From Spirochaetia bacterium (GTDB lineage: Bacteria; Spirochaetota; Spirochaetia; CADAEX01): a stretch of DNA of 64,000 bases. This document shows positions 30,922-42,003 of the stretch, in pieces. A program made the position numbers and the translations under genes. The notes below the pieces were generated by a model. That model did not search any database, was not told the DNA's origin, and was given only the letters and a program-made list of their open reading frames with translations. The stretch is taken from assembly GCA_963662265.2 (NCBI GenBank), contig CAXXHA010000001.1:192001-256000 (forward strand). Reading direction: 5' to 3'. The stretch's first letter is position 1. Each line of letters begins with the position of its first letter.

Positions 30922-32421
30922 ATGGTAATCAATATTAAAACAGCATCAGAAAAACCCCGTTTCAACATAAAAGCAAACAGGGCTTTTACCATAATACGTA
31001 AATATTCATTCTTCTTTACACTGCTTGTAGCGGTCGGAGGACAGTTTGAACCGAAGATAGGACTTCTGGTAATACCTGTTATTATAGGGCTTATTCTGTT
31101 CTCTTTTTTCAAGGGCAGATTCTGGTGCGGAAATATATGCGCCCATGGAAGTCTTTTCGATTCACTTCTTCTTCCTTTCAGCAGAAACAGCAGCATCCCG
31201 GGCTTTTTCAAATGGAAAATAGTATCAATACTGTTTTTATCATGGTTTTTATCATGGTTTTCATTCAGACTGATATCCCGTTTCATACGGATTGCAGGGC
31301 TCTACGGAACACTTGCATTCTGGGATAAAATAGGTTTTGTTTTTGTAAGCAGTTATGTAATGGTTACTCTGCTTGGAGGAATTTTGGGACTGTTCATAAG
31401 TCCCAGAACATGGTGTAATTTCTGCCCCATGGGTGTCATGCAGAAAGCATCATATTTTCTGGGGAAAAAAATCAATGTGACAAAAATCACTGATGAGAAA
31501 ATAACAGTTTCTGATAAAGACCAGTGCCACAAGTGCGGAAAATGCGCAAGGGTATGTCCGATGCAGCTTGTACCATATGAAAATTTCTCCGGTTCAAACC
31601 AGTTCGATAATATAAACTGTCTCAAGTGTTCAACATGTGTAGCCCACTGCCCGGCACAGATACTTACACTTGCAAATGAGACAACTTCAGAATTCATGAT
31701 GAAGAACATAAACAGGGAAGCAGGGAAAAACAGGAAGAGATTTGAAACTGTACTGCTTAGAATCAGATCACTGAAAGAAGATGTCAGAGAATTTATTTTC
31801 CAGCTGGATGACAGAGATATCAAGTTCCGATCCGGCCAGTTCATACTTGTAAAAATTAAAGACAATCCTGAAATGTTCCGGGCTTTTTCAGTTTCCTTCT
31901 TTGATGAGGTAAACAGCAGAATAGGTGTAACTGTCAAGAAGGTTCCGGGCGGATATGGTACAGATATTCTTTTCAGGGATTTCTCAGAAGGGATGAATGT
32001 TGTTCTTGAAGGACCTGTAGGCGATGAGCTTGTTGTTGACAGCAGCACAAACAAGGCTCTTTTTGTCGGAGGAGGAATTGGAATAACACCTTTCCTGCCT
32101 ATGGTGAAAGATGCTGTGGAGAAAGAGAATATAAAAGAGGTGAAACTCATTTACGGAGTTAACAGGGAAGATGAACTTATTTACCGGGAGGAATTCGAAA
32201 AGCTTGAAAAAGAAAATGATAAATTCGAATTCATCAAAGTTGCAGCATTTGATGACAAATGGAACGGTGAAAAAGGTTTTGTCACAGGACCAATGGACAG
32301 ACTTAATCTTGATGAATATAAAATCTATATGTGCGGCCCCAAACCGATGATAAATGCTTCACTGGATAAACTGGACAAGCTTGGTATAGATAAAGACAGA
32401 ATATACTACGAAAGCGCATAA
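30922..32421 (+). CDS. Membrane polyferredoxin (NapH/FixG-like) fused to an FNR-like FAD/NAD(P) reductase
   Basis: GRFWCGNICAHG, RTWCNFCPMG, two CxxCxxCxxxCP; RAFS, GPVG, GGGIGITPF, YMCGP. GGAGG RBS before 30922. Confidence 0.85.
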   Translation: MVINIKTASEKPRFNIKANRAFTIIRKYSFFFTLLVAVGGQFEPKIGLLVIPVIIGLILFSFFKGRFWCGNICAHGSLFDSLLLPFSRNSSIPGFFKWKIVSILFLSWFLSWFSFRLISRFIRIAGLYGTLAFWDKIGFVFVSSYVMVTLLGGILGLFISPRTWCNFCPMGVMQKASYFLGKKINVTKITDEKITVSDKDQCHKCGKCARVCPMQLVPYENFSGSNQFDNINCLKCSTCVAHCPAQILTLANETTSEFMMKNINREAGKNRKRFETVLLRIRSLKEDVREFIFQLDDRDIKFRSGQFILVKIKDNPEMFRAFSVSFFDEVNSRIGVTVKKVPGGYGTDILFRDFSEGMNVVLEGPVGDELVVDSSTNKALFVGGGIGITPFLPMVKDAVEKENIKEVKLIYGVNREDELIYREEFEKLEKENDKFEFIKVAAFDDKWNGEKGFVTGPMDRLNLDEYKIYMCGPKPMINASLDKLDKLGIDKDRIYYESA

Positions 32422-32450
32422 TAAAAACTTTTCTTCTTTCCATATTTTCC

Positions 32451-32477
32451 GGCTGCTCTTATTAAGGGCAGCCTTTT
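32451..32477 (+). terminator. Intrinsic terminator
   Basis: GGCTGCTCTT-ATT-AAGGGCAGCC followed by TTTT. Confidence 0.6.
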
Positions 32478-32595
32478 ATAATGGTCTAATAAACCATAAT
32501 TTTCCGGTATAATACTTACAGACTGAACCATCTAAAGAAGTGTTTTTAAATCACAAATCATTTATTACATTGATCTTGATAATATTCTGAAATGA

Positions 32596-33030
32596 TTAAT
32601 TAAAAGTTTTTCCATTCCTGAAAAAGGAAATATCATGTCCGATAAAAATGACAGGATTTTTCCCCTCAGCAATTACAATGAATACCGGGCTTTCCGGACT
32701 ACTGTTAATCTTGAGGAATTTTTCAAGCATTTCCAGGATACTGCCTGGATTATAACCGCAGCTGATACCTGCATTTTCAGCCTCTTTAAAAAGTTCCAGT
32801 ATTGAATATTCTGTATCTGAAAATTCATTTAGCTCTGTCATGCGGTAAATAAATGATTTTCCCAGAAGCTGCTCAAGAACGAGTTCTTCTGTTTCCGAGG
32901 AGATCAGTCTGTCATTAACTGATGAATATCTGTACTTCATATTTATATGTATTTTCAGAACATGATTCAGCCGGATCAGCCTTAAAAAATATATGGCCTT
33001 AATCCGGCAACCTGATATATATAATATCAA
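32596..33030 (-). CDS. Hypothetical protein (start uncertain, possibly 32940)
   Basis: ORF with no recognisable motif. Confidence 0.4.
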   Translation of the reverse strand: MILYISGCRIKAIYFLRLIRLNHVLKIHINMKYRYSSVNDRLISSETEELVLEQLLGKSFIYRMTELNEFSDTEYSILELFKEAENAGISCGYNPGSILEMLEKFLKINSSPESPVFIVIAEGKNPVIFIGHDISFFRNGKTFN

Positions 33031-33083
33031 CTCTACCGGTTATTGATCTTTTTTACCCATAAATAAATTACTGAAAACATAAC

Positions 33084-33109
33084 CAGGGGAGAGATTATCT
33101 CTCCCCCTG
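33084..33109 (-). terminator. Terminator of the 5'-nucleotidase gene
   Basis: CAGGGGAGAGA-TTA-TCTCTCCCCCTG. Confidence 0.6.
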
Positions 33110-33118
33110 ATAATAAAA

Positions 33119-34726
33119 CTATTTAAGAGTAATTCGTCCCTCTGTAACCGGAGCTATTTTTCCGCCGAGAGATATAATATATTCAATAAACGCATCTCTC
33201 TGCATCAGTGAACTATCATAAAAATCAACCCGATCCTTGAAAACAGAATACCCGTCGCCGCCTGCTGCAAGATATGAGTTTGTTGCAATTCTGTATTCCT
33301 TTGAAGGGTCAACAGCCTTGCCGTTTATCTTGAGATCTGAAATCGTACCGGCAGCTGTATCAATCACGAATGACACACCTTTTGATACCTGAGGCATTGC
33401 GCCGTGTGTGACTGTTTCAGGTGTTCTTTCAAACAGCTTGATAACATCTGAACCCTTGAGAGTTACAAGAGCAACTGAATTATCAAAAGGGAGAACTTCA
33501 TAGATTGTCTGCTTCTTTATTTCCCCCTCGGGAATATCTGTTCTGATTCCCCCTCCGTTCTGGAACGCAAAATCAGCTTTCAGATTCTGATTATTACAGA
33601 ACCAGAGCATTGAATCTGATACTATATTTCCAATTGCTGTTTCCATGTTACGTGTTTCAGCATTCAGGAAAGGAGCAGAGGCCTCTCCAATGGTTTCACT
33701 CAATACAGCATCCACCTTATCAACATAGGGTTTCAGAAGAGCGGCAAGATCTTTATCTTCCGGAATTTCCTTATCAATGAAATGATATACACTGCTTCCA
33801 TCCGCAAGTTTTTCCCTTTTCTTCACATTGACAGGTACAAGATCAAAATCAAGACCAGTTACTTCACCATTTTTAAATTTAAGTAAAACTTTTCCCATAT
33901 AAAGGCCCCATTCACTTGCCTGTACAATGGGAACCTCTTTACCTGATTCATTATTTTTTATCATTACAGGTTCTTTCATTTTGGTATGGGTATGTCCGTC
34001 AATTATCATTGCAATCCCGGGCACCTGTGAAGCAAGACGTTTTGATCCCTCTTCTGCACTGTCATAAAGTCCCATATGAACCAGTGCTATTACAATATCA
34101 GCTTTTTCCTTAAGTTCAGGAACAAGCTCATTTGCAACTTCAACTTCATCTTTAAAAACATAACCTTTGATATTTTCAGGATTTCCTGTTTCAGCAGTTC
34201 CTGAATCCAGAAGGCCGAGCAGCGCCACCTTGAAAGCCCCGTATTCCTTGATTATATAGGGTTCAACATTATCGATATAGCTTCCGTCCTCTTTTACAAC
34301 ATTTGCGCAGAGCCATGGAAATTCTGATAAAGCAATCTGAGACTGCATATCTTTCGCACTTGGATCAAATTCATGGTTACCCATTGCAAGGGCATCATAG
34401 CCTATATAATTCATGCCGATTATATCCGGTTCAGCCTTGAAAAAATTTGATTCGGGACGGCCAGTATTAAAGTCCCCTGCGCTCAGCACAAGTACATTTT
34501 CATTACCAGATTTTATCTCTTTCACAAGTGTTGCCTGTGCAGGAAGTCCCCCCTGACCGGGAGCGGGGTAATTGTAAAAAGCCACAGGATGCCCGTGATG
34601 GTCATTTGTATGAAGTACAACAAGACTGTGCTCAACATCAGGCTGGGCAATGGGAGAATGGCTGCATGATATAAGAGTCAGCAGCACTACCGAAATGATC
34701 AGAAATAAACGCAGTGTTTTTTTCAT
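33119..34726 (-). CDS. 5'-nucleotidase / UDP-sugar hydrolase lipoprotein (UshA-like, intact)
   Basis: Lipobox LISC; LHTNDHHG, AGDFNTG, GNHEFD, HMG, DGHTH; NGGGIR, LPFDN, GGDGY. Confidence 0.93.
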   Translation of the reverse strand: MKKTLRLFLIISVVLLTLISCSHSPIAQPDVEHSLVVLHTNDHHGHPVAFYNYPAPGQGGLPAQATLVKEIKSGNENVLVLSAGDFNTGRPESNFFKAEPDIIGMNYIGYDALAMGNHEFDPSAKDMQSQIALSEFPWLCANVVKEDGSYIDNVEPYIIKEYGAFKVALLGLLDSGTAETGNPENIKGYVFKDEVEVANELVPELKEKADIVIALVHMGLYDSAEEGSKRLASQVPGIAMIIDGHTHTKMKEPVMIKNNESGKEVPIVQASEWGLYMGKVLLKFKNGEVTGLDFDLVPVNVKKREKLADGSSVYHFIDKEIPEDKDLAALLKPYVDKVDAVLSETIGEASAPFLNAETRNMETAIGNIVSDSMLWFCNNQNLKADFAFQNGGGIRTDIPEGEIKKQTIYEVLPFDNSVALVTLKGSDVIKLFERTPETVTHGAMPQVSKGVSFVIDTAAGTISDLKINGKAVDPSKEYRIATNSYLAAGGDGYSVFKDRVDFYDSSLMQRDAFIEYIISLGGKIAPVTEGRITLK

Positions 34727-35294
34727 AGAAATCTCTCCTTTTTGATTTTTAATTATATAATTGCAAAAATTAAATAATCTTCTTTTAAATTACAGTTATC
34801 AGGATCAGGTAAATATATATTATAGCTTCTTTCCTCTGATTTGGCCAATAAAGAAAAAAAATATTCAGGGGAGATTTGTTATTAGAGACTAATCAAATAT
34901 CAGAATAAAGGGGATTTATTGAGTAAGGAAAATCAAATGGGGAAAGTGTTAAGGAGATGCATGAAAGTTAATATCTGATTACAAGCAGGACTCTGGAGGC
35001 CATAACAGTCAATTACTTTAAGACTTACACGGATAGTTGATCCATTATTTGAATTTCCAGAAATGCTGTCTTCAAATGATACGAAGCTCAAGATCAGAGA
35101 GAAAACTGAATAAACATTTCTATAACTAAGTGTATTTCTCTTTACAATTTTAAATCTTTTTATTAACAGAATTACCAGTCATAACAATTTACAACTTATT
35201 TAGTATATAATGATATTTTATCTCTAAAGTAAAAAGGCTGCCTTTATTAAAAGACAGCCTTGATAACAGCTATATATACTAATTAAAACATGGC

Positions 35295-35973
35295 TTAATC
35301 CATAAAAGTCCAGACAGCACCGGATATTGTACCTCCTGTATAAGTATATGTTGAACCATCAGATGTTTTGCTTATAACCTTGTTCCATCCCTGGGAAAGA
35401 GAGACATTATCAAAAGTATAAGTTAGACTTCCATCTACTGCTGTTCCGCTTATAACTGTATTTTCAGAAGCATAGATATATTCATACCACAAAGCATAAG
35501 TTCCGGTATATTCAAATTCCTTCACCTGTTCATTATTTGTATCCCGGATTTCAGCAGAATACACATTTGCACCGGAGACAGAAGAGTTAAATCCCCAATC
35601 TCCCGCAGTTACCAGATCTGTTGAAGGGGGAGCTCCTGCATAACTGAAGGTAAAAGAATCATCAGCATCATTACCATCACTGTCGGAATCCAATTCCGCA
35701 CCATCATTTGTTCCACCTGTAGTATTATCAATATCATATGGAGCTGTTGCTGTGGTTGCATCATCTGATGTTGTTCCATTTTCCCATGTAGGAGGAGTTG
35801 TATTCGGTGGAGAATTAAATGTCTTTGTTATTGTGCCGGAAAGACTAAGAGTATTTCCAAGTGAAATTGCCTGTAGTAGTATCATCACTGCTGCTTCCCG
35901 AGTCCTCACAAGATGTAAAAGCAAAAAACATAATAACTGTTAAAATCAAAAAAATTAAATTAATCTTTCTCAT
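35295..35973 (-). CDS. Acidic Thr/Asp-rich lipoprotein, one frameshift
   Basis: Manual translation: MRKINLIFLILTVIMFFAFTSC-EDSGSSSDD (lipobox FTSC). An extra base near 35865 shifts into ORF 35295..35924. Confidence 0.7.
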
Positions 35974-36144
35974 TGGTTTATCCTTTTATCTGTTTTTAAT
36001 AAATCCATACTGAATTTACAATTAAAAGAATAAGCCTATCTAAAGAATCTGTCGTCTCAATATGCATAATGAGACTTTTATGCAATAAGTTACTGCAGGA
36101 TTATCAGTTTAAATTACAGGAACGGGAATTATTCCCTGACATTA

Positions 36145-37260
36145 TTACTGCAGGGTGTTTCTGCCCTTAATGCTGTTAACAAATTCAGATGGTGTAATCC
36201 CCATTTCTTCCTTGAATACCCTGTTGAAAGTGCTTTTTGAAGGGAACCCTGCATCAAAAGCTATATCAATAATCGGATGGAATTTCTGAACATCACTGTT
36301 AATTTGGTCTATGAAATATTCAAGCCTTTTTCTGTTAAGATAAGTTCTAAAACTTACACCGCAGCATCGATTCACTGCAAAAGAGAGGCGGTTAGGATGC
36401 ACCTCAAATTCAGAAGCAAGATCCCTTATAACAAGATCTGGATTATGAAAAACACCCTCTGTAAACCTAGCACTTACCATATCAAGAAGGTTTTTACACT
36501 CAATTTCGGAACAGAGGGGCTCTGTTTTCCCGGAAGTTTTTGGATATTCAAAAGCAGATATTTCCGGGGCAATCAGAAGAAAAAAAGATATAACGTAAAT
36601 AAGAACTGCCATAGACGTTGTAAGTATAAAAAACGGAAGGACAATTCCGCCTGCAAGATCCTGTGTAACAGAAGGGGGAAGCGCAACATAGGCAAATGCG
36701 GCAAGAACTCCTGACGGAATAATGATAAGCAGCCTGGCACAGAGTTTTTTGGAGCCGGACAGTTTTTCCGATTTCACACCGAATGCAGTTCTTCCAGACA
36801 TAACAATATATACAATATTCAAAATAACTTTTAATCCGTTTCTGACAGGAAGCCACAGCGGAGGATTCCCGGTAAACACATCTGTAATGAAATTCTGATA
36901 TTCAGATGCAGACATAGATATGAGAGTAAATACAAGAGCAGATAATTCCAGAAAGTAAGGTATAAAATGAATAAAGAGAGGCTTAGGCGTTTTCAATCTG
37001 TCGCTTCCAAGTTCTCTTATATACCACCACAAAAGCGGGCCGAAAAGAAACGGAAGCGGTGCTGTCATAGGGTATATCCAGGGCAATTTCAGAAGAATAT
37101 CTAGATTCCATGTTGGTATTGTTGCAAGGCGCACAGAAAAAACAATCAGAAGCAGAGCCAGCGGCATTATTTTTCCATGTCTGAATCTGAAGAGAATCGA
37201 TAGGAGTATTATAAATCCCTGAATCGCGCCCAGAGAAGCTATTAATATCAAAGCCTGCAT
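36145..37260 (-). CDS. Membrane-embedded AraC family regulator
   Basis: About 7 TM; GPLLWWY; C-terminal IIDIAFDAGFPSKSTFNRVFK. Confidence 0.88.
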   Translation of the reverse strand: MQALILIASLGAIQGFIILLSILFRFRHGKIMPLALLLIVFSVRLATIPTWNLDILLKLPWIYPMTAPLPFLFGPLLWWYIRELGSDRLKTPKPLFIHFIPYFLELSALVFTLISMSASEYQNFITDVFTGNPPLWLPVRNGLKVILNIVYIVMSGRTAFGVKSEKLSGSKKLCARLLIIIPSGVLAAFAYVALPPSVTQDLAGGIVLPFFILTTSMAVLIYVISFFLLIAPEISAFEYPKTSGKTEPLCSEIECKNLLDMVSARFTEGVFHNPDLVIRDLASEFEVHPNRLSFAVNRCCGVSFRTYLNRKRLEYFIDQINSDVQKFHPIIDIAFDAGFPSKSTFNRVFKEEMGITPSEFVNSIKGRNTLQ

Positions 37261-37376
37261 CGGTTTATTATAATCCGGGTTTTAATATTTATTAAGGGAA
37301 GATTTTAATAATTTCTGAAAGTTCTCCGGAGAAACAGGATCAGCAAAGCGAAATAAACAGGAATCAGGGTACTGAA

Positions 37377-38643
37377 CTACCTGAACACAACCCTGTTTCT
37401 CCCTTCCTGTTTTGCCTTGTACAGGAAATCATCAGCCTGTTTTATGATTTCAGATGCTGTTTCACCGTTATATTCTGATACACCGGCGCTTATTGTAACT
37501 GAGAAATTTTCACTTCTGAAAACAAGCTGTTCAATTTTTTTTCTGAAAGATTCAGCATCTTCTACAGCATCCTCTAGTCCCCTGTTTTTAAGAATAACAA
37601 GAAATTCCTCACCGCCGTACCTGCCGCACACAGACTCAGGACCGAATTCTGCCTTTAAAAGCTCTGCAATACTTAAAAGAACTCTGTCCCCTGTCTGATG
37701 TCCGTAGTTATCATTTACTGATTTAAAATAATCAATATCCAGAAGTATTACAGAGAATGGAATTTTAACTTTTTTAGTTTTTTCTGCAAGCTCATAAACC
37801 TTATCACAAATATACTTATGGTTATAAATGTTTGTAAGGCTGTCAGTTACAGCCATTTTTTTCAATTTCCTTGTAGAGAAAATATGATCTTGCATTTGCC
37901 TTGAGACGGGCCATGAGAATGGCATTGTCAAAAGGCTTGCTTATATAATCATCTGCCCCATGCATTATAGCATGCGACACAATCTTGAAATTGGAGACAC
38001 CTGACACAACAATAATTACACAGTTTTTGTTTCTCTGCCTCAGTTTCATTATTATTTCTTCACCTGTATAACGGGGAAGTACCATATCGACAAAATAGAA
38101 TGTGTAATTATCAGCATTTTTCAAAAACTCATCAGGATCAGAATAATAGGAAACATTTTCAATTTTATTCAGCTTGAATATACTGCTGATAACACTGAGC
38201 TCAAGCCTGCTGTCATCAAGTACTGCTATTCTTTCCTTCTGTATTTTTTTAAGAAGAGTATCCTGCCTGAGTATTGTATCAAAATAATTTTCAAGACGTT
38301 CGACAGTCATATCTTTCTTCAGAATATAATCCACTATCCCCAGAGAAAACAACCTGGTTCTGAGTTCCAGAGATTCTGTTGAAGTAAGTATAATTACAGG
38401 AATAGATGAGTATTCTGAACTGTTCAGTCTTACTATGAAATCCTCACCAGTCCCGTCCTTTAGCTGGTTACCGGTAATAATTATATCTATATCATTTTTC
38501 TCTAAAATATCAAAAGCTTCTGATATTTTTTCTACCGGTATGTATTCAAATCCCCTGGGTTCAATTATCATTTTCACATATGATTTGAATAATCTGCCGG
38601 ATTCAAGCTGTAATACTTTTCCCAAACCAGTACACCTTTCCAA
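37377..38643 (-). CDS. REC-REC-GGDEF diguanylate cyclase, one frameshift
   Basis: First REC lacks the phosphoacceptor Asp; second has DD/D/S/K; TDSLT, DIDYFKSVND, RYGGEEF. Extra A in the run at about 37856-37862. Confidence 0.85.
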
Positions 38644-38769
38644 TTATTTTAAGATATAATACAACACTGTTATATTTTTTGCCACTTGTAAGCAATCCAA
38701 TATTTAAATAATCCTTTATTCCTGTTTTTTTATATATATTCGAACTTCATCAGGACTGACTGCAACATA

Positions 38770-38797
38770 AATCAGCCGGAATAAAATCCGGCTGATT
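38770..38797 (-). terminator. Terminator hairpin
   Basis: AATCAGCCGGA-N6-TCCGGCTGATT. Confidence 0.6.
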
Positions 38798-38807
38798 ATT
38801 TAATTTT

Positions 38808-41699
38808 TTAAAAAACAGCAAGAACAGTTGTCTTGTATTTATCTTCATCAAAATTATAAAGCGTTCTGATTTTAATTACGCTCCTGACAGGTGTCGACAT
38901 CCAGCTCAGTTCAAAATTGAAACCGCATCCGACTGAATAGAGGTAATCAGAATCTCTTTCCCCTGTTTCAAATGTTATATCGTTGAACAGGTTAAGGTAT
39001 ATTCTTGAAAGATACGCAAAACTGCTGAACGGGATATCAGGATAAAAGAGAGGCAGAACATAATCTGCTGATCCGTAGAATGCAGAGTTGTAAAGTTTAA
39101 GATCATATCCTCTTGATACTGCAATATCTGACGGAGGAAAAACAGAACTATCATTAAGGTTCTTATACCAGGATCCATTGAACTTCAAACCATGGTTTTC
39201 AAAAAGCCCGGGAACATAAACTGATGCATCCGACTTGACAAGAGAATAAATATCAGATGTTGCTGAATCAATATAACTCTGCCTGAGCTGGATACCGAGC
39301 TCAGGATAAAGATCCTGCAGAGCCATATCTTTAAGCACGGAATAATAAACTGAATAAATAACAGGTATTTCAAACCCGTTCCTGTTTACACCGGTACTGC
39401 TTTCACTTTTCCAGTCTGAATAATCTGTAAACTCTGCAGTGGCAGAGAATGAAAGATGTCTTTCATAAAATGATGAGGAAAAATTGAACGGAATTTGCAA
39501 GCCAAGTATAGCAGTATTCTCCCTCCATGATTCCTCATATTCCGTATCATCTGAAAGCTCTGTTGTAACAGTTGTGTTTTTCAGCCTGTAGCCTGCTTTT
39601 ATGAGTGGAAAAAATCCTCCGTATTCCAGAAGTGTCTGAAAATTATAGTTTTCCTCTTCAAAACTGTATGAGCCTGACAGGGATAATGAAAGATCATTGA
39701 ATATATCGTTTGATTTAAGATTTATGCCCATACTGTCATCTTCAGAGTCATATATCAGTCCCCAGGAATGAAAGTTAAGGAGATTGAGTCCTCTTGAGTA
39801 TTCTGATTCATTATACTTCTTCTGAGGAATATTTTTTTCTGCAAGCAGAGGTTCATTCCCGCCCGGAAGCAGTCCCTTCATATCAACATTTCTGAAAAAA
39901 GAAGGGGTTTTAATGTTTTCATCAGAACCAGGTTTTTCAATTCTATCGGTACCTGAAAAAAAGTTTTCGGAAGAGTTTTGACCGGCATTATTCAGCCCGG
40001 TTACAGCTATTTTCCACCCGCCGGAAGTGTAGTCTGCAAATATAACAGAACTGTCCTCTTTTATTAAATATCTGCCTGAAGCAAACCTGCTGTCAGTTAT
40101 TCTTCGCTCAGACATAGTATCTGTATCAAGAGTATAAACCGCATCTATCCCGTTTTCAGGGGAAACATAATAAAGTGTATTATCTCTCAAATACGGATAT
40201 TTAATATTTATCCAGCTGAAATCCTTTAAAAGAATCTTTTCACCGGTTACAGCATCTGCTTTAAATACAGCAATTCCTCTGCTTCCTGATGCTGTATAAA
40301 CAACTGATTTTCCGTCTTCAGTAAACCTTGGAAAGGTTATTACATAGTTTTCACTGTTTTCAAGAGAGGAAATAAGCTGACCCTTTTCTGCAGAGATTAT
40401 TCTGATTATATGTTTCCTGTCAGGCGCCACTTCAACCGCAGCAATCTTTTTTCCGTCAGGACTTAGATCAGGTGAATAATAATATCCTTTCGAAGTCAGT
40501 TTTCTCCTGTTTCTGAAATCTGAATCAGCTGTAAATATATCTGAATATATTCTGTTGCCCCACCTGATATCACTTACAGCTTCGCTCCATACAAAGGACT
40601 TGTTTTTATAGCTGTAGGCTGAAGAGCTGTAGGGAACTTCTGATATTTTCTCTTCGCTGCCGTCAGGGCTGATCCTGTATATTGTGGTTATATTATCAAG
40701 AGATAATTTTACTGCAATTATATCATCGCCATCACAGCCGAGAGGTTCATATGAGTTGAAACCTTTATCAGCTCCAGTAATATAGCTGTACACGGAAAAA
40801 CCTCTCTCAGCCTCCTGTTTTTCCCATTCAGATTTATAATATTCCATTGCTTCTTCATGGATCTCTGCAACCCTTTTTCCTGTAACTTTTTTCACGGAAC
40901 TGTTGAAACGGAGAGGGATAAATGAAAGCTTTGCAGTTCTTTTGAGTATTTCATTCATCGCCTCTGTTCCGTACTTCATCTTTATATAAGTCACAAGAAG
41001 ATATCCGTGATTATAATGGTTAGGATAATAATCACCATATGAATTATTCAGAGCACTGTAATAACTGTATTTCTTATTGGAAAGGAGAATAGACTTGATC
41101 TCTTTTTCAAAATCAGGAAGCCTGCCTCTTCCCCCCTCTGTTAAGAGGGTTTCTGTAAGAACAGCATCGCCTTCAAAATACCACCCGGGGACTGAAAGGT
41201 GTATAAATACAGATCTCCCCCCCTCTCCGGTGAAGATCCCGATCAGTTTATTGAATCCTGAATTAAGCTTATCTATCTGTGCCATATGGTATGTTTCATG
41301 CGATGTAAGCAGTTTGTACCATTCAGTTGTTCCTGCGAAAGCTCCCTGGGGAGGAACAGAATAAAACTCTGACTTTTCCGGCGCTGATGCAACATAACCG
41401 TTGGGAAGGGCATAGGTGTTATTGAGAACAATTGTCCACTTTGACATTTCTGTATCAAGAATACCTTCAAGCACATTATTTTCATATTCAAGCATATTCA
41501 GTATTCTCTCAGCATCATTTCTAAGCTCAGCAGGATATATAATTTTAAAATTTTCTGTTTCTATTTTTTTCCAGTCAATTCCCGGCGGGAACTGGACAGT
41601 GTCAATTCCGAATTCATACTGGTCAGTATCTGAAAATCCGGGTTCTGAATATAAAACTGCTGAACACAGCAGCAGCAGGATAATATATATATTCTTCAT
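38808..41699 (-). CDS. Exported/outer-membrane protein: HExxH metallopeptidase-like domain, TolB-like propeller, C-terminal barrel-like region
   Basis: Signal peptide; SHETYH, WYFEGDA; SPDGKKIA repeats; amphipathic strands with a terminal Phe. AGGAG RBS. Confidence 0.7.
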   Translation of the reverse strand: MKNIYIILLLLCSAVLYSEPGFSDTDQYEFGIDTVQFPPGIDWKKIETENFKIIYPAELRNDAERILNMLEYENNVLEGILDTEMSKWTIVLNNTYALPNGYVASAPEKSEFYSVPPQGAFAGTTEWYKLLTSHETYHMAQIDKLNSGFNKLIGIFTGEGGRSVFIHLSVPGWYFEGDAVLTETLLTEGGRGRLPDFEKEIKSILLSNKKYSYYSALNNSYGDYYPNHYNHGYLLVTYIKMKYGTEAMNEILKRTAKLSFIPLRFNSSVKKVTGKRVAEIHEEAMEYYKSEWEKQEAERGFSVYSYITGADKGFNSYEPLGCDGDDIIAVKLSLDNITTIYRISPDGSEEKISEVPYSSSAYSYKNKSFVWSEAVSDIRWGNRIYSDIFTADSDFRNRRKLTSKGYYYSPDLSPDGKKIAAVEVAPDRKHIIRIISAEKGQLISSLENSENYVITFPRFTEDGKSVVYTASGSRGIAVFKADAVTGEKILLKDFSWINIKYPYLRDNTLYYVSPENGIDAVYTLDTDTMSERRITDSRFASGRYLIKEDSSVIFADYTSGGWKIAVTGLNNAGQNSSENFFSGTDRIEKPGSDENIKTPSFFRNVDMKGLLPGGNEPLLAEKNIPQKKYNESEYSRGLNLLNFHSWGLIYDSEDDSMGINLKSNDIFNDLSLSLSGSYSFEEENYNFQTLLEYGGFFPLIKAGYRLKNTTVTTELSDDTEYEESWRENTAILGLQIPFNFSSSFYERHLSFSATAEFTDYSDWKSESSTGVNRNGFEIPVIYSVYYSVLKDMALQDLYPELGIQLRQSYIDSATSDIYSLVKSDASVYVPGLFENHGLKFNGSWYKNLNDSSVFPPSDIAVSRGYDLKLYNSAFYGSADYVLPLFYPDIPFSSFAYLSRIYLNLFNDITFETGERDSDYLYSVGCGFNFELSWMSTPVRSVIKIRTLYNFDEDKYKTTVLAVF

Positions 41700-41740
41700 C
41701 AATATTTCACTCCTATGATAAATATACAGGTTCTTTTGCA

Positions 41741-41893
41741 GGAAAAAAACTGCTTTCAGACAGTTAATATGAAGATTACTCAATTCTGGATATTGCTTTT
41801 GAAGTAGGTTTCAGTTCAAAATCCTCGTTCAACAGTATTTTCAAAAACAGAATCGGGCAGACACCTTCTGAATTCAGAAAAAAATATCAATAA
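41741..41893 (+). pseudogene. Relic of an AraC-type HTH C-terminus
   Basis: GKKLLSDS*YEDYSILDIAFEVGFSSKSSFNSIFKNRIGQTPSEFRKKYQ*; internal TAA at 41765; no start codon. Confidence 0.8.
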
Positions 41894-42003
41894 GCAGTCT
41901 ATAAAAAAGGAGAGAACTGTTTCCCGCATGCTTTGACAAATAAACATCTTTATTAATTATTACTTTAATTGCAAAATACCAGCTTTAAAATATAATTATA
42001 GAC

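Noticed and set aside
34950-35115. Decayed small gene after an AGGAG RBS
   Set aside because: Stops within a few codons; no recognisable protein similarity.
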